Below are positions 26,576 to 39,574 of a stretch of DNA of 64,000 bases, one piece after another (position 1 is the stretch's first letter; every line of letters starts with the position of its first letter). Origin of the DNA: Chiloscyllium plagiosum. Taxonomy: Eukaryota. Location of the stretch: assembly GCF_004010195.1 (NCBI RefSeq), contig NC_057719.1:51652920-51716919 (forward strand), given 5' to 3'. The position numbers were made by a program, and so were the translations under genes. The notes beneath the pieces are model-generated. The model saw only the letters and a program-made list of their open reading frames with translations, had not been told where the DNA came from and searched no databases.

Positions 26576-28084
26576 GACCTGAAAGAGAAAAGTGTAGCAG
26601 TTTCAGTGGGAGGTTGTGTTTGTGTGGGTGAAAGGAGCAGAGAACTTTGAACACACATGTTTAATAGTTGTTTTTTTTCGTATAAATTTAGTTTGATTTG
26701 AAAATGAGGAAGTCCTGAAATGGTTTGAAGAAAATTTCAGCATTGAGGAATAAATCTGATTGTATTTTGTTGGTCAATTCATCTGAATAGGTATTAATAG
26801 AACTGCCTGTCATTCCAAACTTCACTCAAATTTGTGTGCTACAGCTGCCGATTTTTTTCGAAGTTCCAGAGTAAAATTTTATTTTTAAGCCATTCGTGTT
26901 TTGCCTTTCTAATATTTTACATGTGCATCTATTTATTGAGTACAGGTTTTTATTAGCTTTTTAAAACAGCAATTAAACTGTAAACATTTAGGAATATTAT
27001 ATAACCTCGCCAACATCTAGTGGTCAGTCAATAAACTGCTTGGATTGTTGCCATTCTAATTGAAGTTCCCTTGAGAGGCCACATGCACTTTGAGATTAAT
27101 TTAAACAATTTAGGCTTCAATTGCAAATTAGTTTTGGCAAGATGTAAAGATTGTCTAAATGAGTAAAAGTCATTGTTCTTTAGGGATTAGAATGTGTGTA
27201 CCATTATTATGTGAAGAACAAACCTTCATACGTTTTTGCTATGTTTGCAGAAGCTAACCCGTTAAAAACCAAAAGCAATCTCCTGAAATGTTACTTTTTG
27301 AATCATAGTTGAATTTCTTTTTGCTGGAGGGAGTTCATGTGGATGTGAGGAGGGAAGTATCCTTTGGTTGAACTCCAGTGTTATTACACATGTTAAATTG
27401 GGGAATATATTCTTTTTCTTAATACTGGTGTGCATTAATGCTGTTTCTCTCTATTTTCACCTTCTGCATTTCTGCATTACTTTAATTTCCTTTGGATGGT
27501 TATGAAGTTTGGCAGACAAATAGATCACCAGACTGCATTTAGATGGGGGATTTCAATTTTGAAAAATTCATTCCCTTTCTTGACACCCAATGTATCCCTA
27601 CCTAGGCATTTTCCCATATTTCATTTCCCTCACTCCTAGTACATATCCTCTCTTTCTTTTGATTTACTACTCAACCTCTAGCTCTGCTGTCAGCCACCTT
27701 AGCCCTAGTCATCCATCTTATCCATTCCTTTCCCTTTTGAAGGTTAGAGGCAAGTAAGAGCCCCTGACCAGTAACCATTTTCTTCCGACAGTGCTTTCTT
27801 TGTAATTTATCTCAAACAGCTTGTTTGTCTTCAAAACCTTACTCTTAAAGGTATGAAGTTATAGAAAGTATATTCCAGAATGTTAACATTTACAGTAAAA
27901 TAAAGGCATCTAATAACGAATGACAGAAATTTGATCACCTTGTGAGATCCAGGATTCTCATCTTGGGATCCTATAAGACTTAGTGGTTCCATTTGTCAAG
28001 GATATCGAGGCCAGTCATTTGGTGATGAATGTTGGAATATTTTACCACCTGCATTTGGAACTTAGAATCAAACAGGTGCATGTT

Positions 28085-28178
28085 TGAAATGAGACAAAAA
28101 CAGAAAATGCTGGAAAATCTCAGCAGGTCTGGCAGGATCTGTGGAGAGAAACATTTAGGGACCATTGACCCTTCAGAA
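28085..28178 (-). mobile_element. PLE terminal fragment (family of 25884-25979)
   Basis: aaatgctggaaaatctcagcaggtctggcag is the reverse complement of 25938-25968. Confidence 0.6.
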
Positions 28179-29220
28179 CTTTTGTTTGTAAAGCTTTATC
28201 ATGACGACTATTTCCTCCTTGCATAATTTTGTCTTAGCACATTTTTCAGAATTCCATTTGAATAATTTTAAATTTAATATTTTCAGAAATGATGTGTTGT
28301 ACCATCGTTACAAAATTTTTCTTTCAACATTTAAGATGAGAACTGACATGCTTCTAGTTTGTTTTGGAAATTTCTCTGTACTTTGCATATTAACATCTCA
28401 GCATTTAATACTATTAAAAGTAGCATTTTGTTAATTGTTTAAGCCCAACCTTCTACCAATATATGTCCATTGTCACGACACAGTAACGTTCCTGTGCTCC
28501 AGCAAGTGGTGTGAACATCTGAATTTGGAAATTATAGCTTTGTTAAAATTATTTAATGTGCAGTATTGCTTTGCATTTATTTTCTGTTCCTAATCACATT
28601 TAACTGAGTGACTTGTCAGGCAATTGCAATAAGCTCTTGCACATAAACCATAGTGCTCTGGGGTTGGAATCATTCAGACCAAATTAGGAAACGCTGATAG
28701 ATTTCTTTATCTAAAGGACGTTGTTGGGTCAGTTTTTTTTTAAAAGAAATATGTCAGGTAGATAATGAGAATCGGATACTTAATGGGCACAGGCTCAAAC
28801 AGGTAAATGCTTGCCACAAAGATTGGTGTGGGAGAAATGGGTTTGAATTCATGGGACATTGGCAGTAGTACTGGGAAAGAAGGGACCTGTTCCGATGGGA
28901 CAATCTTCATCTGAGTCATGTTGGTTCCAGAGTCCTAGCGAATCGCATAACTAGTGCTATAGACTGGGCTTTAAACTAAATGGGGAGGAGGGAAAATTAG
29001 AAAACCCAACTTAAGGAGGTAAGAGTGCAGGTTAGCGGTGGCAGATGGTTACCTAACAATAAAGGTGAGACACAGAACAGGTGAATATCTTTTTGCACCA
29101 AGGGATTATAAAAAAAAGTACAGAAATTTAACAGTGGAACAAATTTAAAAACTTTGCATATAAATGCATGAAGCATTCAAAACAAAATTAGAGTTAATAG
29201 CGCTAATAGAAACAAAAGGG

Positions 29221-30190
29221 TAAGACCATAAGACATAGGAGTGGAAGTAAGGCCATTTGGCCCATCGAGTCCACTCCGCCATTCAATCATGGCTGATGGG
29301 CATTTCAACTCCACTTACCCGCATTCTCCCCATAGCCCTTAATTCCTTGTGACATTAAGAATTTATCAATCTCTGCCTTGAAGACATTTAGCGTCCCGGC
29401 CTCCACTGCACTCCGTAACAATTAATTCCACAGGCCCACCACACTCTGGCTGAAGTAATGTCTACGCATTTCTGTTCTGAATTTACCCCCTCTAATTCTA
29501 AGGCTGTGTCCACGGGTCCTCGTCTCCTCGCCTCATCGAAACAATTTCCTAGCGTCCACCCTGTCCAAGCCATGTATTATCTTGTAAGTTTCTATTAGAT
29601 CTCCCCTTAATCTTCTAAACTCCAATGTATACCATCCCAGGGTCCTCAGCCGTTCCTCGTATGTTAGACCTACCATTCAAGGGATCATCCGTGTGAATCT
29701 CCGCTGGACACGCTCCAGTGCCAGTATGTCCTTCCTGAGGTGTGGGGACCAAAACTGGACACAGTACTCCAAATAGGGCCTAACCGCAGCTTTATAAAAT
29801 CTCAGTAGCACAACGGTGCTTTTATATTCCAACCCTCTTGAGATAAATGACAACATTGCATTCACTTTCTTAATCATGGACTCAACCTGCCTGTTTACCT
29901 TTAGAGAATCCTCGACTAGCACTCCCAGATCCCTTTGTACTTTTGGCTTTATGAATTTTCTCACCGTTTAGAAAGGAGTCCATTCTTGTATTCTTTTTTC
30001 CAAAGTGCAAGACCTCCCATTTGCTCACATTGAATTCCATCAGCCATTTCCTGGACCACTCTCCCAAACTAGATCCTTCTGCAGCCTCCCCACTTCCTCA
30101 ATACTACCTGCCTGTCCACCTAACTTCGTATCATCGGCAAACTTCGCTAGAATGCCCCCAGTCCCTTCATCCAGATCATTAATATATAAC
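29221..30190 (-). mobile_element. CR1 LINE RT/3' fragment nested in older CR1
   Basis: ORFs 29677..29964 and 29882..30067 (VRPYLEYCVQFWSP, FNVSK.EVLHFG). Confidence 0.9.
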
Positions 30191-31434
30191 GTAAGATTCA
30201 GTAGAGATCATGGAGACATGGTTACAAGGGGACCAGGTCTGGGAATGGAATATCCGGGTGTACTCAGCAGTGTGGAAAGAGACTGAAAAGAAAACGAGGC
30301 GATGTAGCTATGCTGGTGAAGGAAGGGATAAGTGCTGTAATGAGAAATGACATAAGCATGAGATAAAGATGTGGAATCCGTCTGGGTAGAAATAGCAAAA
30401 GGAAGGAGTACTTGGTAGGAGTAATCTATAGGTCTCCAAAGAGTAGTTCTGTAGTTGGGCACAATATAAACCAGGAAATATTAGAGGCTTGCAAGAAAAC
30501 TAATGCAATAATCATGGGTGATTTTAATTATACATACAGACTGGAAGAATCATATTGGCAAGGGTAGCCTGGAGGCACAGTTCATTCAATGTACTAGAGA
30601 TTGGTTCCACAACATACTTCTCCAGCAAACAGTCAGGGATCAAGCTACTGTGAGTTTGGTATTATGTAATGAGGAGAGATTAATTGACAGCATTATAATT
30701 AAGGATCCACTAGGGAGAATGATAGAATTCAAAATTCAGTTTGGTGGTGAGAAAGTGGAGTACTACAATAGTGTTCTGGAATTAAACAAAGGAAATTGTG
30801 TAGGCATGAGGACTGAATTGGCCTGAGTAGATTGGGCAGGAAAGCTAAATGGTTAGATGGCAGATGAGCCGTAGCAGATGTTTAAGGGGCAACTCGATTC
30901 CTCACAACTAAAATATATCCCAATGAAAAAGAAAGGTAAGGGGGGGGGGTAAAAACAAACATCTATGGCTAAGCAAGGAGGTCAAGGACAATATAAAGTC
31001 AAAAACCAGTGGCAGGGCTGGAATGTTGGGAAATTTTCAGACATAAAGGGATACTAAAAAAATTAATCCAGAGCTAAGGTATGTTATGAAAGAAAATTAG
31101 CACGAAATATAAAAAGATAGCGAAAGCTTTTATAGTTATATAAAAGTGAAGATTGTCGCTAATGTGAATGTTGGTCCAAAGTTTGTGAGAAGATTTGTAG
31201 CTCGGGTGCTCGAAGGTCCCTTGGAAGACGAAACTGGAGAGTTAGCAGTGGGGAGCATTGAGATAGCAGAGATGCTGAATTAACACCGTTTTCATGGTGG
31301 GGGCGATAGAATGGGCAAATCATAGGCAATAGATAAGGTAGAACTTGGAACAATCAACATCGATAGGGAAAGGTACGAAGCAAACTATTCGGATTGCAGA
31401 CTAGTCCCCCATGCCTGATGGCCTACATCCTAGG

Positions 31435-31470
31435 ATTCCTGAAGAAGGGCTAATGCCCGAAACGTCGATT
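31435..31470 (+). ncRNA. Minimal type I hammerhead ribozyme motif
   Basis: ATTC-CTGAAGA-A-GGGC taat GCCC-GAAA-CG-TC-GATT; GUC cleavage triplet at 31464-31466, palindromic ACGT stem III, weak stem I. Confidence 0.68.
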
Positions 31471-31564
31471 CTCCTATTCCCTAGATGCTGCCTGACCTGC
31501 TGCGCTTTTCCAGCAACACATTTCCATCTCTGATCTCCAGCATTTGCAGACCTCACTTTCTCCT
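31435..31564 (+). mobile_element. 130-bp solo PLE terminal unit starting at a hammerhead motif
   Basis: perfect 13-bp TSD CCTACATCCTAGG (31422-31434, 31565-31577); same family as ends of 41466-42328 and 44383-44614. Confidence 0.88.
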
Positions 31565-32277
31565 CCTACATCCTAGGGTATTAAAGGAAGTGGCAGCAGA
31601 GATAGTAGATCCATTGGTTACAATATTCTAAAATTCCCTGATAACAGGGAATTTTTGCTAATTGGAAAATGGCTAATATAGCGCCCTAATTCAGAAAGGG
31701 AGGGAGGCAAAATGTGGGAAATTAAAGACCAGTTAGTTTAACATCTGTTGTTGGAAAATTGTTAGAATCAATTTTTGAGGAAGCAATATCAGGACATTTG
31801 GAAAGTCAAAACACTCCATCAGAGTCAGTCTGGTTTTATAAAGTGCGCATAATATTTGCCTAATTTGCTAGAGTTCTTCGAAGATTTAACAAGCACAGTG
31901 GATAATGGGGATACTGCAGATGTAATTTATCTGGACTTCGTAACACATTTGATAAGGTGCTGCACAAAAGGTTAATTCACAAGGTTTGATCATATGGGAT
32001 ATGGGGTAATTTATTAGCCTGGATAGATGACTGGCTGATGGACAGAAGACAGCGTCAGGATAAATATTTTTCTGGTTGGCAAGATGTAACTAGTAGGATG
32101 CCACAGGAGTTCAGTCCTTGGACCCCAGGTAATTACAACCTACATTAATGACTTGGATACAGGGAAAGAAGGCTCCATAGCCAAATTTGCTGACAACACA
32201 AGAATAGTCGGGACGGTAAAATGTGGTGAGGAAATAACCTTACAATGGATATAGATAGGTTAGGATGGTGGGCTAGT

Positions 32278-32662
32278 CATAAAATCGGAAAATCCCTACA
32301 GTGCAGAAAGAGGCCATTCAGTCCCTCAAGTCTGCACTGACCCATTGAACAGCATTCCCCCCCCAACCCCCCCCCCCCCCCCCAAAACCCACACTCCCCT
32401 CCCACCCTATCCCTGTAACTCCACATTTACCATGGGTAACTCACCTGGCCTGCACATCTCTGGACACTATTGGGCAATTTAAAATAACCACTTCACCTAA
32501 TTTGCACATCTTTGGGCTATAGAAGGAAACCGCAGCACCTAGCAGAAACCCAAGCAAATATGGGGAGAACATGCAAACTTCAGATGGTCACTGAAAATGG
32601 AATTGAACCTGCAACCCTGGCACTGAGAGGCAGCAGAGCTAACAACTGAGCTACTATGCCAC
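32278..32662 (-). mobile_element. HE1/V-SINE-type SINE
   Basis: reverse complement of the 34647 family (gaggcagcag.gctaac.actgagc.ac..tgcc at right end). Confidence 0.8.
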
Positions 32663-34029
32663 CCTTTATCTTTGGAAATTGAGGCATTGAACTCACGCTC
32701 TCTCTCGCGCGCTCTCTCTCGCTCTCTTGAAGCCTCCAAATAACACAATCATAGAATCCCAACAGTGCCGATATAGGCCATTTGGCTCATTGAGCCTGCA
32801 TCAACCCCCCAAACAGCATCTCACCCTGTGTCCATAAGCTCCACATTTATCATGGCATTTACCAGTCTAGTAACATTATCATCATGCTACTATATCCTGA
32901 TAGCATTAATGCTATGATACTTGCATTAACATCATTTTGCAATATCTAAGTTAGTTTTATGCTGTTTTGGTAACTGTGTCCTTTAAAGATTTAATAATCC
33001 CTCAATCTTGAATATTATATTTAATTAAAATAACATGTACTGTATGTCATAAATTTGATGTCACTTGCTTTATAATATGGCTGTTTTTGTCAGCTGAGTT
33101 TTTTTCTCTTCAATTTTGCATTGTATGTCCTGTCTTACACACCATGCTCCTATCCTGAGTAGCTGAAAGTTTCTTTGACAGTCACCAGAGCACCAAAAAA
33201 GTAGCTATTTGAAAGAAAATACTTTTTCTTCCTTTTTACAGTTAAGGAATACTCAATCACCTCAAGAGTTTGGTGTTTTCTGACATCAAAATGAGACTAA
33301 ACTTTTGTATGCATTTCCTTCCTTATGTGCATGTTTTTATTGTTTGAAATGCAAGTATAAGTTTGCATGCTAATTTTAACATTAAAAACTGGTTGTCATT
33401 TCTACAGATTATTTCAGCATGTTTTATACTCATTCTTCTGTTGCTTTCTTGGTGAGGGTTCATAATTTATTGGCGAACTTATGTTTTAAAGTGAGTAATG
33501 ATGTATAGTTTTAACTTTGAATTGTAGTTCTACATTTTCGCATTGAGGATTGGCCATCATTAAGTTTCACTTTATGCTTGTTCTAAATATAATTAGGAAT
33601 GTCTGGAGATTTGTTTTGTTTACATGCAATTAAATTAGGTCTTTAATTCTTTAAGGTGAACTGTTCAGTACATTAGGAAAAAGAAACTGCTGTTGCCTGC
33701 CAAAAGGAGTGCAGTTACATGGAAAATCAGACCAATCCAGAAGAAGTCAGTCAGGAGTAGGTTCAGTCAGAGAAGAGGTTCCCGACAGAAAAGATATTAT
33801 TATTAATTTAGTAAAGAAGGGGTGAGGTCCTGAGTTACTTAGAAGAAAATTCCAGAAACAGAAGAATGCTTAGGTGTTAGAAAGAAACATTCTTCTACAA
33901 GACTGTTGAAGACATGTTAACTCAGCTCATTTGCTAGTTAACCTGTTTAAAGGTCTTGGGAAGAGACTAATGAAAGTAACATAGTATAAATGCTGACCTT
34001 TTGCCAGATAGAACATTTTAAGAAATTAT

Positions 34030-34990
34030 TTGTTTGTGGGATGTGAGCTCACTGCCTGCTCAGCATTTATTGTGATCCCTAGTTGCCCTTGAGAATGTAG
34101 TGATGAGCTGTTCTCTTGAACTTTTGTAATCCACTTGCTATGGATTGACTCTCAATGCTGTTAGGAAGGGATTTCCAGGATTTTGACCTAGTGACAGTGA
34201 AGGAATGGCGATGTATTTCTAGGTTAGGATGGCAAGTGGCTTGGAGGGGAACTTGAAGGTGGTGGTTTTTCTATGTATCTGCTGCCATTTTCCATCTAGA
34301 TGGTCGTGGGTTTGGAAGGTGCTGTCTGAGGACCATTGGTTAACTTCTACAATGCACCTTGTAGATAGTACCAGTAGTGTGTACTGACTGTTGGTGGTAG
34401 AAGGAGTGGATGCTTGTGAATGTAATGCCAATCGAGCGAACTGCTTTGTCTAGCTGCTTGTGTATTGTTGAGGCTGCTCTCATCCAGGCAAGTGGGTATT
34501 CCATCACACACCTACTTGTGCTTTGTAGATGGTGGACAGGCTTTGGGAAGTCGAGAGACGAGTTACTCACTGCAGTGTTCCTAGCCTCTGACCTGCACTT
34601 GTAGCGACTGTGCTTGTGATAGTTCAGTTGAGTTTCTGATCAGTCTGGGCGGCACGGTGGTACAGTGGTTAGCACTGCTGCCTCACAGCGTCAGAGACCC
34701 AGGTTCAATTCCCGCCTCAGGCGACTGACTGTGTGGAGTTTGCACGTTCTCCCCGTGTCTGCGTGGGTATTCTCCGGGTGCTCCGGTTTCCTCCCACAGT
34801 CCAAAGATGTGCAGGTCAGGTGAATTGGCCATGCTAAATTGCCCGTAGTGTTAGGTAAGGGGTAAATGTAGGGGTATGGGTGGGTTGCGCTTCGGCGGGT
34901 CGGTGTGGACTTGTTGGGCCGAAGGGCCTGTTTCCACACTGTAAGTAATCTAATCTAATCTAAAAAAAAATAATCCCAAGGATGTCGACT
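34030..34990 (-). mobile_element. LINE 3' fragment (family of 7200-8790) interrupted by a SINE
   Basis: collinear with 7205-7810; resumes after the SINE at taatcccaaggatgtcga. Confidence 0.8.
34647..34970 (+). mobile_element. Full-length HE1/V-SINE-type SINE
   Basis: tRNA-like head with A box (tggtacagtgg) and B box (ggttcaattcc), V-domain, LINE-derived tail, (AATCT)3 and A run; CpGs retained. Confidence 0.92.
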
Positions 34991-37900
34991 GTTCAGCCAA
35001 CACTTCTGTAAAAACAAGGAGCTTTAGTGTGGATGCCAGGTGACCCTTCACTGCGTGTGGGTATCTCTAAGGTATTATTGGAATAAAAGGGTTGAATTTA
35101 TCTTTGATATTTGTAATGTGACCATTTCAAATGCCTCTTGTGATAGTGTAACACAGTTCATCTTTCTTTTGCGTGTCTGTTGTTTTGCAAAAAAGTACAC
35201 TGGCAGCCTCTTGTAAATCTGTTTAATGACTGACCACCATGGTAAGAACAAAAGTGAAATTTATGGTCTAGATTTCACCCTGGGATTTGACATGGAATCA
35301 TAATAGTATCACAGCATCTAATGTATTGCTTGTGGATATTTTTTCTAGTGAACCTTTTATTTCTGTGGGATGCTGCATTTGATATTGAAAATATTTGAAT
35401 AACTTTGATGTTGTCTGCCTGCACCCACAGTTCTTGCTCTTCTTTTTGCTGTAGCCTCATGTTTTTGCTTTGTCCAACTTCAAGTTTGAAATGAGGGAGG
35501 CTGAAAAAAATCAATCTACCTAAACTGTAGCTTATGGAAAATTCACAAACATCTTTATCACCTACCATCACATTAAGGCAGTTGTTACCAAGCTCTAAGG
35601 GCTTCTAGTTTCTTAGCCCAATCCCCCCCAACACCCACCCAAAATGCTAATTCTCACCTTCAAATCTTTCAATGTGCCTGACACACCTTAACTGTTGGCC
35701 TCCATGCACTGCTACTCAGAAGCTGCCTTTGTTTGCTTCCCACTCCAGTATCAATACTGTTAGCAGTTCTCGATATATAATGTCATGCCTCCTGGCAGGT
35801 TGCACAATGTATTAGCTATTCATTTGATTTGTAGATGCCGGTGTTGGACTGGGGTGTACACAGTTAAAAAATCTCATAACACTAGGTTATAGTCCAACAG
35901 GTTTAATTGGAAGTACACTAGCTTTCGGAGCGTCGCTCCTTCATCAGGTGATTGTGGAGGACACAATTGTAAGGGCACAGAATTCATCGCAAAATTTACA
36001 GTGTGATGTAACTGAAATTATACATTAAAAATACCTTGATTGTCTGTTGAGTCTTTCATCTGTACGAATACCATGATAGTTTCACTTCTTTCATGTGTAA
36101 ATCACAAAACTTTTTTTAAATAAAGGTTCCATTCTCAGGTTAATTGTAACAATTGGTGTTAGCCAGCCAATATGTTGAAGGTGTTAGCCCCCTGTGCTCT
36201 CTGTCTAGGCCATGATGTTTAGATTGATTCAAATCTAAAAAGTGAGATAACAGAGTTTTACATGAATTCATGCAGTTTTTGAGCAGAGTACAATGTAACT
36301 CTGCAAGTACAAATTCACCCCACAAAATATATGTATGTGTGCATGTGTCTGTCTGGGTTGGGGTTGAGAGCGCGCGTGCGAGAGAGAGAGAGAGAGCGAG
36401 AGCGTGCGAGAGTGAGAGTGTATACAGTGTCTTGTCTGTGAGGGGGTGCATGTGAGAGTGTGGGAGTTGGGGGGGGGGGTGGGGGTCTCATCCCACGTAC
36501 TTCTCACGTAGGCGATTTCTACTGCCTTCTAAAGGTACACAAAGCCAACACACCAGGACGTCTTATCATATCCGGCAATGGGACCCTGTGAGAGAATCTC
36601 TCCAGCTATGTTGATGGCATCTTGAAACCTATTGTACACAGGACCCCCAGCTTCTGTCACGACACTACAGATTTCTTACAGAAACTCTACACCCATGGAT
36701 AGTTTCACTTCTTTCGTTTGCAAATCACAAAACGTTTTATTAATAAAGGTTCCATTCTCAGGTTAACTGTTAGCAATTGGTGTTAGCCCCCCTGTGTTCT
36801 CTGTCTATGCAATGATGTTTAGATTGATTCTAATCTAAAAAGTGAGATAATGTACTTTTACATGAATTCATGTAGTTTTTGAGCAAAGTACAATGTAACT
36901 CTGCAAGTACATATTCACCCCACAAAATATATGTCTGTGTCTGTGTCTGGGGTTGAGTGAGAGAGAGTGTATATGTGTTTATGTGAGTGTAGAGTGTCTT
37001 AAATCTGTGTGTGTGTGTGTGTGTGTCTGCGGTGGGGGTTGTGAGTGTCTGTGTGTGTGCGTGAGTATAGAGTGGTCTACTTCTCTGAGAGGATGCATGT
37101 GAGTGTTGTGTATATGTGTGCTTGTGTGTGTAGGAGTGTCTGTGTGTGTGTGTGGTGTTAGTGCAATGGTGGTCAACTGTAGTGTGACATGAACCCAAGG
37201 TCCCGGTTGAGGCCCTCCCTATGGGTATGGAACTTAACTATCAGCCTCTGCTCGGCCACTTTTCGCTGCTGCCTGTCCCGAAGTCCGCATTGGAGGATGG
37301 TCACCCGAAGGTCTGAAGTCGAATGCCCTGGACCGTTGAAGTGTTCCCCAACTGGGAGGGAACACTCTTGTCTGTTGATTGTTGTGCGGTGCCCATTCAT
37401 CCATTGCCGTAGCCTTTGCTCGGTTTCCCCAATGTACCATGTTTCAGGGCATCCTTGCCTGCAACGTATAAGATAGACAATGTTGTCTGAGTCACATAAG
37501 TACTTGCCACATTCATGGTGAGAGGTGTCCCCACGTGTAATGGTCGTATCCATGTCCACACTTTGACACATCTTGCAGCGCCTACCGTGACAGGGTTGAA
37601 TGGAGTTGTCCTGAGAGCCGGGCAGCTTGCTACGAACAATGAACTGTTTGCGGTTTGGCGGTTGTTTAAAAGCGAGCAGTGGAGTTGTGGGAAGGTCTTG
37701 GTGAGGTGCTCGTCCTCATTGATAATATGTTGCAGGTCACGAAGAATATGGTAGTTTTCCAGCTCCTGGGAAGAACTGAACAACAAAGGGTACCCTGTTG
37801 GTTGCAGCACGTGTCTCTTTCCTGAGGAGGTCATTACGGTTCCTTGCTGTGGCACATCGGAACTGGTGGTCGATGAGTTGAGCATCGTACCCCGTTCTTA

Positions 37901-38783
37901 TGAGGGCATCATAAGTACTTCCAGTCTGACATGCCTGTCACATTCCTCCTCATCTGAGCCGATCTGGTGTACATGTAGGGCTTGTCCATAGGGGATGGCT
38001 GTTTTAATGTTTTGGGTGGAAGCTGGAGAAGTGTAGCATTGAGAGGTTGTCTGTGAGTTTGCGGTAGTGTGGTGCTGAGGTGTCCATCCTTGATTGAGAT
38101 GCATGTGTGCAAGAATGAGACAGATGAGAGTAGTCCATGGTGAGTTTGGTGGGATGAAACTTGTTATCACTGTGTAGCTTTATCAGTGACTCCCCGCCAT
38201 GGGTCCAGAGGAAACAAATGTCATCAATGTACCTGGTGTATAATGTTGTTTGGAGATCCTGCATAGAGAAGAAGTCTGTTCGAACCTGTGCATGAAGATG
38301 TTGGCATATTGGGGTGCAAATTTGGTCCCCATGGCTGTTCCATGTGTCTGGATGAAGAACTGGTTGTCAAAGGTGAAGACATGATCGAGAATAAAGCGGA
38401 TGAGTTGTAGGATGGTGTTTGGAGATTGGCAGTTGTTGGTGTTGAGTACTGAGGCTGTTGCCACGATGCCATTATTGTGGGGGATGCTGATGTCGAGTGC
38501 TGCAATGTCCATTGTGATGAGTGTTCCCGGTTCGACTGGTCCATGGGTGTAGAGTTTCTGTAAGAAATCTGTAGTGTCGCGACAGAAGCTGGGGGTCCTG
38601 TGTACAATAGGTTTCAAGATGCCATCAACATAGCTGGAGAGATTCTCTCACAGGGTCCCATTGCCGGATATGATAAGACGTCCTGGTGTGTTGGCTTTGT
38701 GTACCTTTAGAAGGCAGTAGAAATCGCCTACGTGAGAAGTACGTGGGATGAGACCCCCCCCCCCCCAACTCCCACACTCTCAC

Positions 38784-38856
38784 NNNNNNNNNNNNNNNNN
38801 NNNNNNNNNNNNNNNNNNNNNNNNNNNNNNNNNNNNNNNNNNNNNNNNNNNNNNNN
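38784..38856. other. Assembly gap (73 N)
   Basis: run of n characters. Confidence 0.99.
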
Positions 38857-39106
38857 AGAGCACAGGGGGCTAACACCTTCAACATATTGGCTGGCTAACA
38901 CCAATTGTTACAATTAACCTGAGAATGGAACCTTTATTTAAAAAAAGTTTTGTGATTTACACATGAAAGAAGTGAAACTATCATGGTATTCGTACAGATG
39001 AAAGACTCAACAGACAATCAAGGTATTTTTAATGTATAATTTCAGTTACATCACACTGTAAATTTTGCGATGAATTCTGTGCCCTTACAATTGTGTCCTC
39101 CACAAT

Positions 39107-39141
39107 CACCTGATGAAGGAGCGACGCTCCGAAAGCTAGTG
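39107..39141 (+). ncRNA. Minimal type I hammerhead ribozyme motif (identical copy on minus strand near 35914-35950)
   Basis: CAC-CTGATGA-A-GGAGC gac GCTCC-GAAA-GC-TA-GTG; stem I CAC/GTG. Confidence 0.7.
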
Positions 39142-39502
39142 TACTTCCAATTAAACCTGTTGGACTATAACCTAGTGTTGTGAGATTTTTAACCCTATTC
39201 AATAGAGATTTTCAGACCAGAGCCTGATTCTGTCCTCACTGAACAGTGGAGCACACACTTTATGGCATAGGTGACCAGCTAGTACTCCGAAACAGATAAT
39301 TTCAGCAGATTTTCTTACAGCAGTACAGAAGAGCTGTGCGGCAGCTTTCACACCCACAGCTGAAATGAGTTGTTAATATAGACTTTGGTGCCACAGCCTG
39401 AATGCCACTGGAAAAAGTTAGGTCTATTCCTGTTGTTAAATCTCTCCATTCCTCTCCTTCCAAAATACATTTGTGGTAATTATGCAATCTACCTTCTTTT
39501 AG

Positions 39503-39574
39503 GAGCAAGAAGAAAACAAAGGAGCTACAAGCTGGCCAGAGTTTTACATTGATCAGTTGAACTCTATGGCAGTT
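39503..39574 (+). CDS. DAAM1: DAAM1 coding exon: EQEENKGATSWPEFYIDQLNSMAV
   Basis: ttttag|GAG...GTT|gtgagt, 72 nt, in frame with previous exon. Confidence 0.96.

Larger units (their letters stand above)
28760..32278 (+). mobile_element. Decayed CR1 LINE (end of ORF1 esterase, ORF2 endonuclease and RT) hosting three insertions
   Basis: LFRWDNLHL esterase-like peptide near 28890; endonuclease peptides in 30200-30800; RT FADN near 32185; insertions at 29221, 31178, 31435. Confidence 0.8.
35823..39194 (-). mobile_element. Penelope-like element (Neptune-like) with RT, GIY-YIG and inverted terminal repeats
   Basis: GTAMGTKFAPQYANIFM, YTRYIDD, NIVYLIRC...WYIGET; frameshifted; Cys-rich linker; CTATTCA at 35816-35822 and 39195-39201. 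Confidence 0.92.

Noticed and set aside
27008..27027. CTCF-like motif (reverse complement GACCACTAGATGTTGGC)
   Set aside because: Mismatches in the core; not supportable without data
32900..32915. Perfect 16-bp palindrome ATAGCATTAATGCTAT
   Set aside because: About one is expected by chance in 64 kb, more in AT-rich DNA
34647..34720. tRNA-like sequence
   Set aside because: It is the tRNA-derived head of a SINE, not a tRNA gene
36340..37160. His/Thr-rich ORFs
   Set aside because: Translations of (GT)n and (GA)n microsatellites inside the PLE
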